64,000 nt of DNA from an uncultured Verrucomicrobiae bacterium (GCA_963813025.1 CAWEXO010000012.1:32001-96000), one strand, 5' to 3'; positions 49,287-61,001 are shown, numbered from the stretch's first letter. Made by a program: numbers and translations. The notes: generated by a model from the sequence alone, not told the origin.

Positions 49287-51552
49287 ATGGAAATCGCCAC
49301 GACCATCAAACAAGTAGCCTTTCTGGGGGATCATCTTCCGCGCCAGTGCGGGATCGCAACCTTCACTTCCGATATTTGCGATGCCGTTGCAGCGGAATTC
49401 CCCCAATGTCAGTGCATCGTGGGCGCGGTCAATGATCGACCCGAAGGCTACGACTATCCAGATCGGATCCGATTCGAGATCGACGAGAAGGAACTCGATT
49501 CCTATCGCCGTGCAGCCGATTTCCTCAACGTCAACAACGTGGAGATAGTCTTGGTCCAGCACGAGTTTGGCATCTACGGCGGGCCTGCCGGCAGCCATCT
49601 TCTGGCTCTTTTGCGCGACGTACGCATGCCAGTGGTAACGACGTTGCACACCGTCCTGCGCGAGCCGAATACGGATCAGCGGGCATTGATGAGGCAACTC
49701 GATGAACTCTCCAACCGGTTCATTGTGATGGCCGACCGAGGCAAAGCTTTCCTCGAGGAGATCTATGGCATAGCGCCCGAGAAGATTGACGTAATTCCGC
49801 ATGGCATACCGGACATGCCCTTCATCGATCCTAGCTTTAACAAGGATCAGTTTGGTGTAGAGGGCAAAACGGTTTTGCTAACGTTCGGGCTGTTATCACC
49901 GAACAAAGGGATCGAGCACGTCATTGAAGCCCTCCCGGCGATTCTCGAGCAGCATCCTAACGTGGTGTATATCATTCTCGGCGCAACACACCCCAACGTC
50001 ATCACGCGCGAAGGCGAGTCGTATCGGCTTAAACTGGAGCGCCTCGCGGAGGATCGTGGTGTGGCGCCTCGTGTCATCTTTTACAATCGCTTTGTTACGC
50101 TTGAGGAATTGAAAGAATTCATCGGCGCCGCCGACATCTATATCACGCCTTATCTCAGCGAATCGCAGATTACTTCCGGCACGCTGGCTTACACGTTCGG
50201 CGCCGGCAAAGCAGTCATCTCCACCCCCTATTGGCACGCGAAGGAGTTGCTTGCTAACGATCGTGGCATTCTTGTGCCATTCGCAAATGCCCAGGCAATT
50301 GCTGAGGGTGTGAAGCGATTTCTTTCCGATCCGGTCCACATGACTGCCACGCGTAAAAGAGCATGGAAACTGGGTCGTGGGATGATCTGGCCGGTCGTAG
50401 CCAAGCGGCACATGGAAAGCTTCGAACGCGCCCGGGCGAGCTTGAGCGTGCCTCCACGAAAGGCGTTCGCCAGCTCGAACGCTGGACAATCGCCCCTATG
50501 AGTTGCCGCCACTGAAGCTAGACCACCTGCTGCGAATGACTGATAACACTGGGATTTTCCAGCATGCCATCTTCAACGTACCGAACTTCGCGGAAGGCTA
50601 TTGCACAGACGATAACGCGCGTGCTTTCATCCTCACCTTGGTACTGGAGGAGACAACGAGTCTTGTGACTCAGCTGCAATTCGAACACCTGGCCAGCATT
50701 TACCTCGCGTTCTTGTGGTACGCTTTCGATCAAGAAACCTGTCGCTTTCGAAATTTCATGAGCCACCAGCGACATTGGCTGGAACGAGAGGGCTCGGAAG
50801 ACAGCCACGCGCGGGCGCTTTGGGCCGCCGGCACGGCGCTGGGCCGCTCGAAGAACGAGGGTCACCGTAATCTCTGCGCACTTTTGTTCCAACGCGGACT
50901 ACCGACTGTCGAAAACTTCACTTCACCGAGAGCATGGGCGTTCGCGCTGCTCGCCATTCAGGAATATCTGCGTGCCTTCTCCGGCGATCGAAGCGCGAAT
51001 CAGCTGCGCGAAGTTCTCACCAACCGCTTGGTCGAGCTGTTTCGCACCAATTCCTCGGATGATTGGGTGTGGTTTGAGCCTGTAGCGACTTACGATAATG
51101 CGAGACTTTCCCAGGCGATGATCCTCAGTGGCTACTGGACTTCCCGAGGTGACGTTGTGGAAATTGGATTGCGGTCGCTCCGCTGGCTGGTGGAGCAGCA
51201 AAAAGCTGAAGGCGGTCACTTCGCGCCGATTGGCAGTAATGGCTTCTGGACCTGCGGCAACGAATGCGCCCGCTTTGATCAGCAACCACTGGAAGCCTAC
51301 GCCATGATCGCCGCTTGCGTGGAAGCGTATTCGCTGACCCGCGACTCGACTTGGCACCGGTCTGCGCGTCGCTGCTTCGAATGGTTCCTCGGCCGCAACG
51401 ATCTCGGGCAGCCACTCTACGATTCCAGCACAGGTGGCTGTCGCGACGCGTTGCATCCCGATCGGGTCAATCAAAACCAAGGAGCCGAATCCGGTCTCGC
51501 TTTCCAGCTTGCGCTGGCCGAAATGACCCGAGCAGAAGCGGTGCTCGTTTGA
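49287..51552 (+). CDS. GT4 glycosyltransferase with C-terminal (alpha/alpha)-barrel-like domain, split by a frameshift near 50472
   Basis: PRQCGIATF, QHEFGIYGG, IPHG, FGLLSPNKG, TPY..Q.TSGTL; after the shift RTLDNRPYELPPLKLDHL, GYCTDDNAR, FDQQPLE, NQGAES. Confidence 0.85.
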
Positions 51553-51575
51553 GAAGCCGAAAGGTCAGGAACAAC

Positions 51576-53024
51576 TTGAAGGTCAATTCAACCGCGATCG
51601 ATTTTCGACCGAGCATCAGTCGTGTACTGAATCGACCGTTCATTCCCACCGATCCCGGTCGGGTCAGCCGGGTCATCGACCGAGTCCTTTCTTTTACCGA
51701 GGCAGAGGCGGAGGCTCAGCTAGCTAGCTTGCGCATCGAATTCGACGAGCGGCACCCAGACCTGGAAAGATCGTGGTTGCGACAGTTCGAGAAAGTAAAG
51801 GCTTATTTGTCGAATAAAGGGTCTCTTTCGGCGAGTCGACGACTCCTAATCGGCGCATTCTTCACCGGAGAATATGCCATTGAATCCGCAGCTTTGTTCA
51901 ATCCATCGATCGTTCCGCATCCGAACCAGACCGATCTCGGAGCGGAAGATCTTCGTTTCATCCTGACCCTTCGCGCCATCGGCGAGGGCCATATTTCATC
52001 GCTCGAATTTCGCAGTGGAGTCATCCGAAGGAATCACTCCATCGAGATGGACGAGACGTCGACTCTTGTAACCGCACCAGATATTGATCCTGATCCCACT
52101 TTTCCGAACAATATCTTTCTTCACAAGCTGCGCGAGAAAGGCCTGGAGAACAACTGGACTAGATCAGTGATGAACCAGCTGGGCGTTACCTTCACACGAA
52201 CCGAATTGGATGAATCGATGCAGCGCGCGGCTCACCAAACCCAACTGCATACCGAGGATGTGAAGAGCGCCATCGAATGCGTACATTGGCTCGTAGAATC
52301 GAACTACCAGGTCACCTTCAGTCCCTCAATTCCGCTCTCCCAACGCGTCCTCTTCCCATTGTCGCTCAACGAGAGCAATGGAATCGAGGACGCCCGATTT
52401 GTTCGCTTTGTCGATGAGGATCACAGCGCGACATACTACGCAACTTATACTGCCTACGACGGGCGCACAGTCCTGTCGCAGCTCATAGAAACAACCGACT
52501 TTCTTCATTTCCGCATCCGCACCCTAAATGGACCCGCGGTAAGGAACAAGGGGATGGCGCTTTTCCCGCGCCGGATCCAAGGACGCTATGCAATGCTTTC
52601 CCGCTATGATGACGAGAACCTTTACCTGGTGCTTTCAGATGATCTGTATTTCTGGAGCAATCCCGAGCTTCTGCTGCGACCGACGCGGCCGTGGGAATTC
52701 GTGAAAATAGGTAACTGTGGCTCGCCGATTGAAACTGAAGCGGGTTGGCTTCTTCTGACCCACGGCGTCGGCCCCATGCGCAAATATTGTATCAGCGCCA
52801 TGCTTTTAGATCTGCAAAGTCCTTTGAAGGTTATCGGCCGCCTCAACGAACCACTTCTGGAACCGACGGCCGACCAGAAAAACGGCTACGTACCCAACGT
52901 CGTGTACACTTGCGGGGCGTTAGTCAACGGTAATCGTTTGGTTCTGCCGTACGGCCTAAATGATACGGCAACCAAAATCGTGACGATCGAGTTAAAGGCC
53001 CTCCTAGCAGCTCTAATAAAATAG
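51576..53024 (+). CDS. GH130 family glycosidase/phosphorylase
   Basis: EYAIESAALFNPS, GEGHISS, NGIEDARF, NKGMALFPR, GNCGSP, GYVPNVVYTCG; TTG start inferred. Confidence 0.88.
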   Translation: MKVNSTAIDFRPSISRVLNRPFIPTDPGRVSRVIDRVLSFTEAEAEAQLASLRIEFDERHPDLERSWLRQFEKVKAYLSNKGSLSASRRLLIGAFFTGEYAIESAALFNPSIVPHPNQTDLGAEDLRFILTLRAIGEGHISSLEFRSGVIRRNHSIEMDETSTLVTAPDIDPDPTFPNNIFLHKLREKGLENNWTRSVMNQLGVTFTRTELDESMQRAAHQTQLHTEDVKSAIECVHWLVESNYQVTFSPSIPLSQRVLFPLSLNESNGIEDARFVRFVDEDHSATYYATYTAYDGRTVLSQLIETTDFLHFRIRTLNGPAVRNKGMALFPRRIQGRYAMLSRYDDENLYLVLSDDLYFWSNPELLLRPTRPWEFVKIGNCGSPIETEAGWLLLTHGVGPMRKYCISAMLLDLQSPLKVIGRLNEPLLEPTADQKNGYVPNVVYTCGALVNGNRLVLPYGLNDTATKIVTIELKALLAALIK

Positions 53025-53200
53025 CGAGCACCGGGGCAAGTGGCACCTCAACTCCGAACATCGGGACGTTTCGAATTCAGCTTGGAATGGTGTGGCTTAG
53101 TAGTCCATCCCGCCCATCCCACCTGGAGCCGGTTTTTCTTTCTCGGGCAGCTCAGTCACCCATGCTTCAGTGGTGAGCAACAGAGCGGAGATTGAAGCGC

Positions 53201-53649
53201 CTGGTTAATCCGACCTTGGATATCTTTGGTAGAACCTTCGCCCTCAATGATTGTCGTGTTTTCCTTGTCGATCGTGACCCGCTTCGCCCAGCCGAGATCT
53301 TCCAGCGTGAGGTTTTCAAGCTTGATCCCAAGGTCCTCGGTAAGACAACGACCACCGGTCAGTACCGCGATGTCCTCGAGCGTCGCTTTGCGCCGGTCGC
53401 CGAAGCCGGGAGCTTTCACTGCAGCAACCTGAAGGGTGCCTCGCAGCTTGTTTACCACCAGCGTCGCGAGAGCTTCACCTTCGACATCCTCAGCAATAAC
53501 GAGTAACGGGCGCTGGCCTTAGCGATCTTTTCAAGCAGCGGAAGAACATCTTTTAAGCTGGTGATCTTCTTCTCATGGATCAGGATGTAAGCGCTCTCGA
53601 GGACAGTTTCCATGCTCTCCGCGTTGGTCACGAAGTACGGAGACAGGTA
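53201..53649 (-). pseudogene. groEL: groEL internal fragment (apical domain)
   Basis: YLSPYFVTN...HEKKI..., [20 protein letters not shown]...[10 protein letters not shown]...IDKENTTII; frameshift near 53515. Confidence 0.9.
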
Positions 53650-53693
53650 GGGGATTGTACCGCTAACAAAGATGGGAATTCTGAAATTCGACT

Positions 53694-53800
53694 CATCTTT
53701 TTTTTATCGTCGTTCACAACCTCGAAACCAGCATCGACAATGTTCTCGCCTGCCTGCTCGAATCCCGGATTCGAGCCGAGCCATTGGGACCAGCAAGTGC
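53694..53800 (-). pseudogene. dnaK: dnaK C-terminal tail remnant
   Basis: [18 protein letters not shown] resembles the DnaK terminal motif VVDAxFE.VxDDK. Confidence 0.55.
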
Positions 53801-53839
53801 TGAGCAGGAGACCCAGCAAAGCATCTACCCGGAAATCCG

Positions 53840-54740
53840 TTAGCCGACCGAGCCCTCCATCTCGAGGTCGATTAATCTCTTCAGTTCAACGCTATATTCC
53901 ATCGGGAATTGGCTTACCAAGTCGTTCACAAATCCATTTACCGCCAGACTCATCGCCTGACCTTTGCTTAGTCCGCGCTGTTGCATATAGAAGATTTGCT
54001 CAGCGCCAATCTGACTGACCGATGCCTCATGCTGGGTAGAGTTGCCTGTGCCACGGACCGTGATGGCGGGATAAGTGTCGGTCCGGCTGGTTGAGTTGAT
54101 CAAAAGCGCATCACACTCAGTATTGTTCTTACAGCCTTTTAGGTGTTTCGGGACATGCACCAAGCCGCGATAGGTCGCGCGGCCTTTCCCTACACTGATA
54201 CTCTTGGAAACAATATTGCTGGTCGTCTCATCGGCCGCGTGGATCATTTTCGCGCCGGTATCCTGGTGCTGACCATCACCCGCCAGGGCGATGCTGATCA
54301 CCTCGCCGCGCGATTTGCGCCCTTTCAACACCACGCCCGGATACTTCATCGTCAGCCGTGATCCGATATTACAGTCGATCCACTTGATTTCGGCTTCCTC
54401 CATCGCCAATCCCCGCTTCGTGACCAGATTGAACACATTCGGCGACCAGTTCTGAACCGTTACATATTGGATCTTCGCTCCGGGCAGAGCAACCAATTCG
54501 ACCACCGCAGAGTGGAGCGTGGTCGTAGTGAATTTCGGAGCGGTACAGCCTTCCATGTACATCACCTCTGAGCCTTCGTCGGCGATGATCAACGTGCGTT
54601 CAAACTGGCCAAAATTCTCCGCGTTGATTCGGAAATACGCTTGCAACGGATGCTTTACCTTCACTCCGGGCGGAACATAGATAAAACTGCCACCGCTGAA
54701 CACAGCGCTGTTCAGGGCACTGAACTTATTATCATCGACG
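53840..54740 (-). pseudogene. sufB: sufB, 5'-truncated
   Basis: Begins at [21 protein letters not shown], has [15 protein letters not shown], ends EMEGSVG*; the N-terminal third is missing and no sufC/sufD is nearby. Confidence 0.85.
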
Positions 54741-55133
54741 ATTGGTATGAACATTGGCAAAGTTTAACGGTCTAACTCTATACTCCTGCGAAAGCGAGTG
54801 GCCGCATAGTACGCATTGATGCGGTATGGGGAATTCGAGGTCGCGTGGGGTCCGGTAAGATCCGATATAATAAGTTTGAATCCGGTTCGAAAGATAATAT
54901 AAGGAAAGGGAAGGCTGCCGTGTACTAGCGCGACAGCCTTCATTTTTGAACACCGAATGCTTTCGCGTAACAGTCCTGTCCCCAGCTGCGAACTCGTGAC
55001 CAGAATTACCGTCTAACCCAGGGCGTCGCAGATCGGTCTGCCACGTTATCGGTTTTCTTAACTGCCGCCACAGCGACGTTCGCAACAGTTGCTGTACCTC
55101 GGTCGAGTCAGAAGACGCCCCTGACTCGCCAGC

Positions 55134-55649
55134 TCATTCCTCCTCGCTTAAAGCGACCCCGCGGCCCTTCTCGCGCGCCAGATATTCCTCCACACGCAGC
55201 AGATTGCCCTCGCCGGCACGCTGAACAACCCGCAGCAACTGTTCCATCGAAGCGACCTCCTCCAACTGCTCTTTAATAAACCACTGGAGGAAATTGTCGG
55301 TCGCGTAATCGGACTCAGCCTTTGCCATGGACACAAGCGCGTTGATCTGCGTTGTGACCCGCTCTTCCTGTTCGAGCGAAAGTTTCACCGCATCTTCAGC
55401 TACTTTGAAGTGCGCCTCTGGAGCGGACGCAGCGGGAATGTTCACGCGGGCACCGGTGTCGGTGACGAACTGGATGAAACGCAGCGCGTGCTTCTTTTCC
55501 TCCTCGGCCTGCTTGTGGAAATGGGCGGATAGCTCGAGCAGCGCTTCCGCAGCAAAATGAGCGGCGATGGCGTAATACTGCAGCATCGCGCTGAACTCAT
55601 TGCCTATCTGTTCGTTTATCGCAGCGATGATCTTTTGATTGGCAACCAT
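55134..55649 (-). CDS. ftnA: Non-heme ferritin
   Basis: INEQIGNEF, QAEEEKKHA, EQEERVT, FLQWFIKEQLEE ferroxidase motifs. Confidence 0.9.
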   Translation of the reverse strand: MVANQKIIAAINEQIGNEFSAMLQYYAIAAHFAAEALLELSAHFHKQAEEEKKHALRFIQFVTDTGARVNIPAASAPEAHFKVAEDAVKLSLEQEERVTTQINALVSMAKAESDYATDNFLQWFIKEQLEEVASMEQLLRVVQRAGEGNLLRVEEYLAREKGRGVALSEEE

Positions 55650-55794
55650 ACGAAAAAATTTCTCCCCGACGCCGGGTAATTGCAATCGGGATAAATAGGG
55701 GTGAACTCAAAACGGTCTGTTGCCAAAAGGAAAAAACCTACGCTATCGCTCAGAAAGCAGCCAACGGAACGGAGAGGATTCTTTAAGCCGTCGT

Positions 55795-56072
55795 TGCAGT
55801 CAGCAGCCCCGGTGCACTGGTGTTCGTCGCCGCCGGATATTTTTTCACGAAAATTTCCCGTACCTTCTATTCTGGACCGCGTTCATTTTCACCCGTCCGC
55901 TTGGCGCGGCGTTGGGCGATCTTCTGACCAAACCGTGGATACTGGCGGGTTCAATCTCAGCCGGATCAGCTCTTCTTTACTCATCGGGCTCTTTATCATT
56001 CTTTGCCTCGCTTTTCTTTCCCAACGAGCAGGCCGCCATCCGGGAACACCGGAGGCAGGGGCGGAGTCGTAG
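55795..56072 (+). pseudogene. 3' fragment of a COG4705 (DUF347) membrane protein
   Basis: LLFWTAFIFTRPLGAALGDLLTKP / GGFNLSRISSSLLI across frameshifts. Confidence 0.65.
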
Positions 56073-56260
56073 GTGCTGCTATGAGCCTGGGGTAATTCGC
56101 TCAATGGCAGGAGAAATAGGAGCCGCACTGCTGTTCACCTCCCCCACTTGAGGCGAAATCAGGTTGACGACGTTCCCCTCCGGTTCAAGCTTGTACAAAG
56201 CAGAGCGTCGGGGCGCGCCCCCGTTTTCACTCGCGACCCGCGCTCGCTGGAGGTCAATTC

Positions 56261-58697
56261 ATGGATCGCAAATCGTTCTGTTCCCTGCTCTTTGCGGGCA
56301 TCGCGTCCGCTTCTCCTGTGTGGACCCTCAACGCACAGCACCTGACTGGCCATCCCACCCGTTCGGACACGGAAAACCTTGCCCAGAAGCGTTATGTCGC
56401 TGCCGGGGACCGCACCTACGTCGTCGGCACTCAGGACGGCGGTTTTCCGGGCATGGGCTTTCATATTAAAGGGCATATGAATGGGGTCTGGTCCCATCCC
56501 CTCAAACTGCTCGATTCGTATCTTTTGATTCTCGACGGCCAGCCACTCGGTCCCGCCAACAAATTTACCTCCGGCCCTGGCTTTGTCCGGCTCGATTATC
56601 CCTCGACCAATGGGCTGCAAATTACCCGAACGGAATTTGCGCCGGACGGATTACCGGTCGTCCTTATCGGCCTGGAAATTCGCAATCAAGCGAATCAAGC
56701 CAAGAATGTGCCGCTAACCTTCCAGCCGACGAGCGAGATTCTCCCGGCATATCCCTGGTCCGGCACGACACCGACCTCGGATTCGCTCGACCAAAAAGAC
56801 AACGTGCTGTTTGATCCGGTAATCTCGGCACTGAGTTTTTCTGAACCGGGAAAACCGTGGTACGCTTTGGTGGCTGGCCGCCCAACGCAAACCGGGCCAC
56901 AGGACACCGTCCGCTTCCTGGGAGCAGCTGTGACCCCTCTGCGACCTGGCAAGAAGGCGTCCGGACAGCTTAACTGGCAATTGACTATTGCGCCAGGTTC
57001 GACCGTGAAAATCTGGTTGGCGGTGGCTGGCACTCACTCGCAAAAGTGGAAGCTTACCTTGCTCTGGCTTACGGTCTGCAAAATCCCGAAGATCTGCTGA
57101 GCGCCAAGATCCAGAACCGTTTGGCGGACCGCGAGCTTTCCGAGGCCAAAATCCCTGATCCGACGGTGCAGGCCGCCTTTGAATGGGCAAAATTCAATCT
57201 TGCCGATATGCGCCGCAACGTTTTCAGGCCAAGATTCGCGACACCAGTGAGGGAACTGCTTATCTCCCACCGATTGCCAGCGTATTTCTGCTGAGCGGCT
57301 TCGGCGCTGGGTATCCGGACTATCCCTGGTTTTTGGCACGGATGGCTCCTACACAACTTTTCCTTTGGTCGCGATCGGCCAATGGGAAGCGGCCGAGGAT
57401 CATCTTCGTACGATTCGGCAAGTCTCGCGAAAGGTGAATGGCTCAACCGGCAAAGTTTTGCATGAAATCGTCACTGACGGCTCAATCTACTTCGGAACAA
57501 ATCAGCAGCCCGGGGATGCCAATGAGACACCGGAGTTCGCAACGGCAGTCGCCACGATCTGGCGATGGTCTGGAGATGACAATTTTCGAGACGAAAACTA
57601 CGAGTTCATCGTTGACGGCTTGCATTATGTCACGAGCAGCACGGCCTGGATCTGAATCAGGATGGTTGGCCCGAAGGTGCGGGTATGGTGGAAGCGCCGG
57701 GAATGGGAGCCGAGAAACTCGACGTCGCAGTATATACGATTCGGGCACTGGACGATTTGGTGGAGATGGCGAAAAGCAAAGGCGACACCGCGACACTCAG
57801 CTGGGCCAAGTCGAAAAGCGATGAACTGAAGGCGAAGTTCGACCATGATTGGTGGGATCCTGGTCAGCGACTTTTCGCGGACTCGCTCTGTTTCAACCAG
57901 GTTCTTGCCCACCGATCCCACAGCCGCCACCTGTCCACAGGCCGAAATGCAACTGGAGCAACTCTATTGGATCAACGCCACCCCGATGGAGACCAGTATA
58001 GCCCAGGAAGACCGAGCCAACGCTGCGTTTCCAAAACTGGAGAGTTCGAGTCTTCACCGGCACGACCGGCTTTTATCAGCAAGGGCAGGACATGTCGGCC
58101 GGCATCGCCGGGAGTCGGCAAGCTTCCGCGCTGAACACCTCGGTGATGGCGGTGGCGGAAGCCAATTATGGGCGAATTGATGAATCACTTCGCTACTTGA
58201 CTTTTATCGCCGCCGAGCTGAATACGGAACAACCCGGCGCGTTGCCTGAATTATTCGATAGTCCCGATTACCCTTACTTCCAGGATTTTACTTCGCGAGC
58301 GATGGTCATGCAGGCGTGGTCTTCCTACGGTGTCGCCTGGCCGATCCTCTTCGACTACCTCGGCGTACGTCCAAATATTCCGGAGGGACAAATCGCGGTG
58401 GTTCCCCAGCTGCCTTCGAGTTGGCCCGAGCTTACCGTCCGAAATATTCGGATCGGCAATTCAACGATCAATGCGCGGGCGAGCCAATCCTCGACCGAAT
58501 ACAGTGTTGAGGCGGACACTCCGGCCGGCCTTCGGCTGGTTCTGGGTTACGTACTCCCAGCCAACAGCCCGGTGAAATCGGTCACTCTGAACGGTGAGCC
58601 CGTGGCCTTCCAGATCTCGGATAGCCATCGCGGCCGGGAAGTGAAGGTGATTACGAATTCCGGCGGGCGAGCGCGTTTCGTTCTGCGGACAAATTGA
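56261..58697 (+). pseudogene. Exported glycogen-debranching-like / six-hairpin glycosidase, multiply frameshifted
   Basis: Consecutive ORFs 56261-57100, 57046-57294, 57183-57437, 57365-57655, 57685-, 57845-, 58092-58697 carry contiguous motifs (GAGYPDYPW, GKVLHE, NETPEF, EGAGMVE, EQPGALPE, MQAW). Confidence 0.75.
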
Positions 58698-58763
58698 AGC
58701 TGAAGGCCGCTCAAGCTAACGCCTCGGGACTCGCAACTCGGGACTGTTACGCCGGGGACTCCT

Positions 58764-61001
58764 TCAACTCAGCAACCGGTGGACTGTCTCCCGTAAAACA
58801 CTGACTTTGTTGACGATCTGATCGATTTCCAGCGAGAGGAACGTGTTTTCCCGGACCGCTTGCAAGGTCGGGGTTACGACATCATGCTGGAACCCGCGGC
58901 TCCGCTCCTCCATCCGGGCAGCATGAAGTTGATCCACGAGGGTGCGCAAAATTCCGGGGCCGTCCTGCAGGTCGAAGCGCGCCTCGGGCGGTCTACCGGT
59001 CTCGAGAGCTTTTGCCAGACTTTCGAGCGAGGTTGTGATCGCGGTGCCCACCGCGGAAACCTCCGTTAACGGAGCGGTCTGCCTGAATTCCCGGGCATGT
59101 TCGGTCAGCAAAGAGATGGAGTTGCTCAAGCTCCTGGCGTAAAGAATGAGTGTCGTCCACTCCTCTGATGCGCGGCGAACCCGCGCCGGGTCCGACTGCA
59201 GCCGCTGCAAGGCCGCTTCCGCATTGGAGCTGGCCAGCTCGCTCGCAATGTGCAGGCGATCAATTTCCTCTAGTTCGCCGTTTCGACCAAGATATAAATC
59301 CATTACCCGGCGAAAGTAAGTAGCGTTACACCGAATTAATTGCGCCACCAGCGACGGCAATTGCGTACGCTGCCAGCTCGGGAGCACAATCCAGGCGCCG
59401 ATCAGAGCAAGGCCGGCGCCTAGCCAGGTATCCGTGATGCGCAACAGGCTCACCTCCCAATCTCCTTTATCAACCAGGTTCACGATCATCATAAACAAGG
59501 GAGTAAGGGCGAGAGTGAAGACCGCGTAATTCAGGGGACGAACGGTAAATGCAAAAAACGCGAGCAGCGCAATCAGCACCGTCTGCCAGGCCGTTGCCTG
59601 GACGGCTGCTCCCAAACCTGCTCCGATCAAACCACCGATCATGGTACCCGCTACACGTTGAATCGTCCGCGAAAAGGTACCGCCATAGTCTGGCCTCAGG
59701 ATAACTAACGCCGTGATCGGCACCCAATAGCCGCGCCCACCCGGTAGCGAATGGCCCAGCATCTGCGCCAGCACGGTGACGAGAGCCAGTCGCAAAGCGT
59801 GTCGGCAGGTCACTGAATCCAGGCTGAGATTCGCGCGAACAATTGTTACCAGATCGCGGACGACAGTCCGCCGGAGAGTCGTCTGGCCTCCCGCTTTGCC
59901 CACCGCTATCTGTTCCGGATGGCCCAGCAATTCCGCAATTCTAGTCAGCTGGCCCATTAGGACATAAGCCTGGCGAACGCACTTACCGAAGGTCAGCAGG
60001 ACTCGGTATTTGTCGGTTTCCGCGTAATGCTCCGCCCGTCGGCGTTCGAGTTCCGCCTCGAACGCCTCCGTGGCCCTTTGCAGCCCGCTTAAATCGACGG
60101 CGGACCGGCGATTAAGAATGGCCGATCCGATCGCGCGAGAGGTTGAGGCAAATTCCTCGGTTAACCGCACCAGCAAAGGCTCGAGTTCAGGCAGGTCAGC
60201 CAGGAGCGCTGAAGCGATCGACAGATAACTCAGCACCGACCGAACCGTTTGCTGGGAGTTTGTGACGGAGATTAACAGGAAACGTTCCGCTTCGCTCAGA
60301 CCATTGCGACGCGACCGCAACGTTTCCCAGAGAGTCCGGGCGTTAGCGAGATCGGCAGTGAATTGGCGCAAGGCGCTTGCCGTTAGGGTGTCAGCAGCCA
60401 CTTCCCCCTGTTGTTGCCGAAGATTCGCCGGCCGAAGTAACTCGGCAATTTTCAAGTAAAGCTGGTTGGTTGCCTCGCGGACCGGCCGATTCGGGTGAAT
60501 GGACCAGACCAGCAGGGATAACAATGTCCCCCAAAAGCCTCCCAGGAGATAGAGCAAGGCTTGCGGCAAAGCCGTCGCGGGCCGGGCAAAACCAAGGGCG
60601 ACCAGAAACGTCAAGGACGATAAAAAACTGATCTGCGCCGACGTGCCGCCAAATAACGGGGCAAACCCGGCACCCAGAATCAAGCAAAACAGGAGTGCCA
60701 AGCTTAGAACCGGATGAGAAACACTGACGCCGGCCAGAGCAACCGAACAAGCGATTAACGCGGTTGCTCCGAGCATCGCCCGAGCTTTCTGCGCGTAGGT
60801 GCCACCAACGTCGGCCAGCAGCGAGAACCAGGCACCTACGGCCACCAGCGTGCCGAAACCGATCTGGCCAACCGTTTCTCCAATCGCGATCGGCACCGTC
60901 ATCGCGACGGCGCAACGCAAGCCGGCCTCCATCGCCGGGCGCACGCGCGCAAGCTCAAACTCTTGGCGAAGCTGTTGCCGAACGGCGGAAAAAAAAGGCA
61001 T
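58764..61001 (-). CDS. FUSC family (YccS/YhfK-like) membrane protein
   Basis: N-terminal TM block, RHALRL, GYWVPITALVILRPDYGGT..R..QRVAGT. Confidence 0.9.
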   Translation of the reverse strand: MPFFSAVRQQLRQEFELARVRPAMEAGLRCAVAMTVPIAIGETVGQIGFGTLVAVGAWFSLLADVGGTYAQKARAMLGATALIACSVALAGVSVSHPVLSLALLFCLILGAGFAPLFGGTSAQISFLSSLTFLVALGFARPATALPQALLYLLGGFWGTLLSLLVWSIHPNRPVREATNQLYLKIAELLRPANLRQQQGEVAADTLTASALRQFTADLANARTLWETLRSRRNGLSEAERFLLISVTNSQQTVRSVLSYLSIASALLADLPELEPLLVRLTEEFASTSRAIGSAILNRRSAVDLSGLQRATEAFEAELERRRAEHYAETDKYRVLLTFGKCVRQAYVLMGQLTRIAELLGHPEQIAVGKAGGQTTLRRTVVRDLVTIVRANLSLDSVTCRHALRLALVTVLAQMLGHSLPGGRGYWVPITALVILRPDYGGTFSRTIQRVAGTMIGGLIGAGLGAAVQATAWQTVLIALLAFFAFTVRPLNYAVFTLALTPLFMMIVNLVDKGDWEVSLLRITDTWLGAGLALIGAWIVLPSWQRTQLPSLVAQLIRCNATYFRRVMDLYLGRNGELEEIDRLHIASELASSNAEAALQRLQSDPARVRRASEEWTTLILYARSLSNSISLLTEHAREFRQTAPLTEVSAVGTAITTSLESLAKALETGRPPEARFDLQDGPGILRTLVDQLHAARMEERSRGFQHDVVTPTLQAVRENTFLSLEIDQIVNKVSVLRETVHRLLS

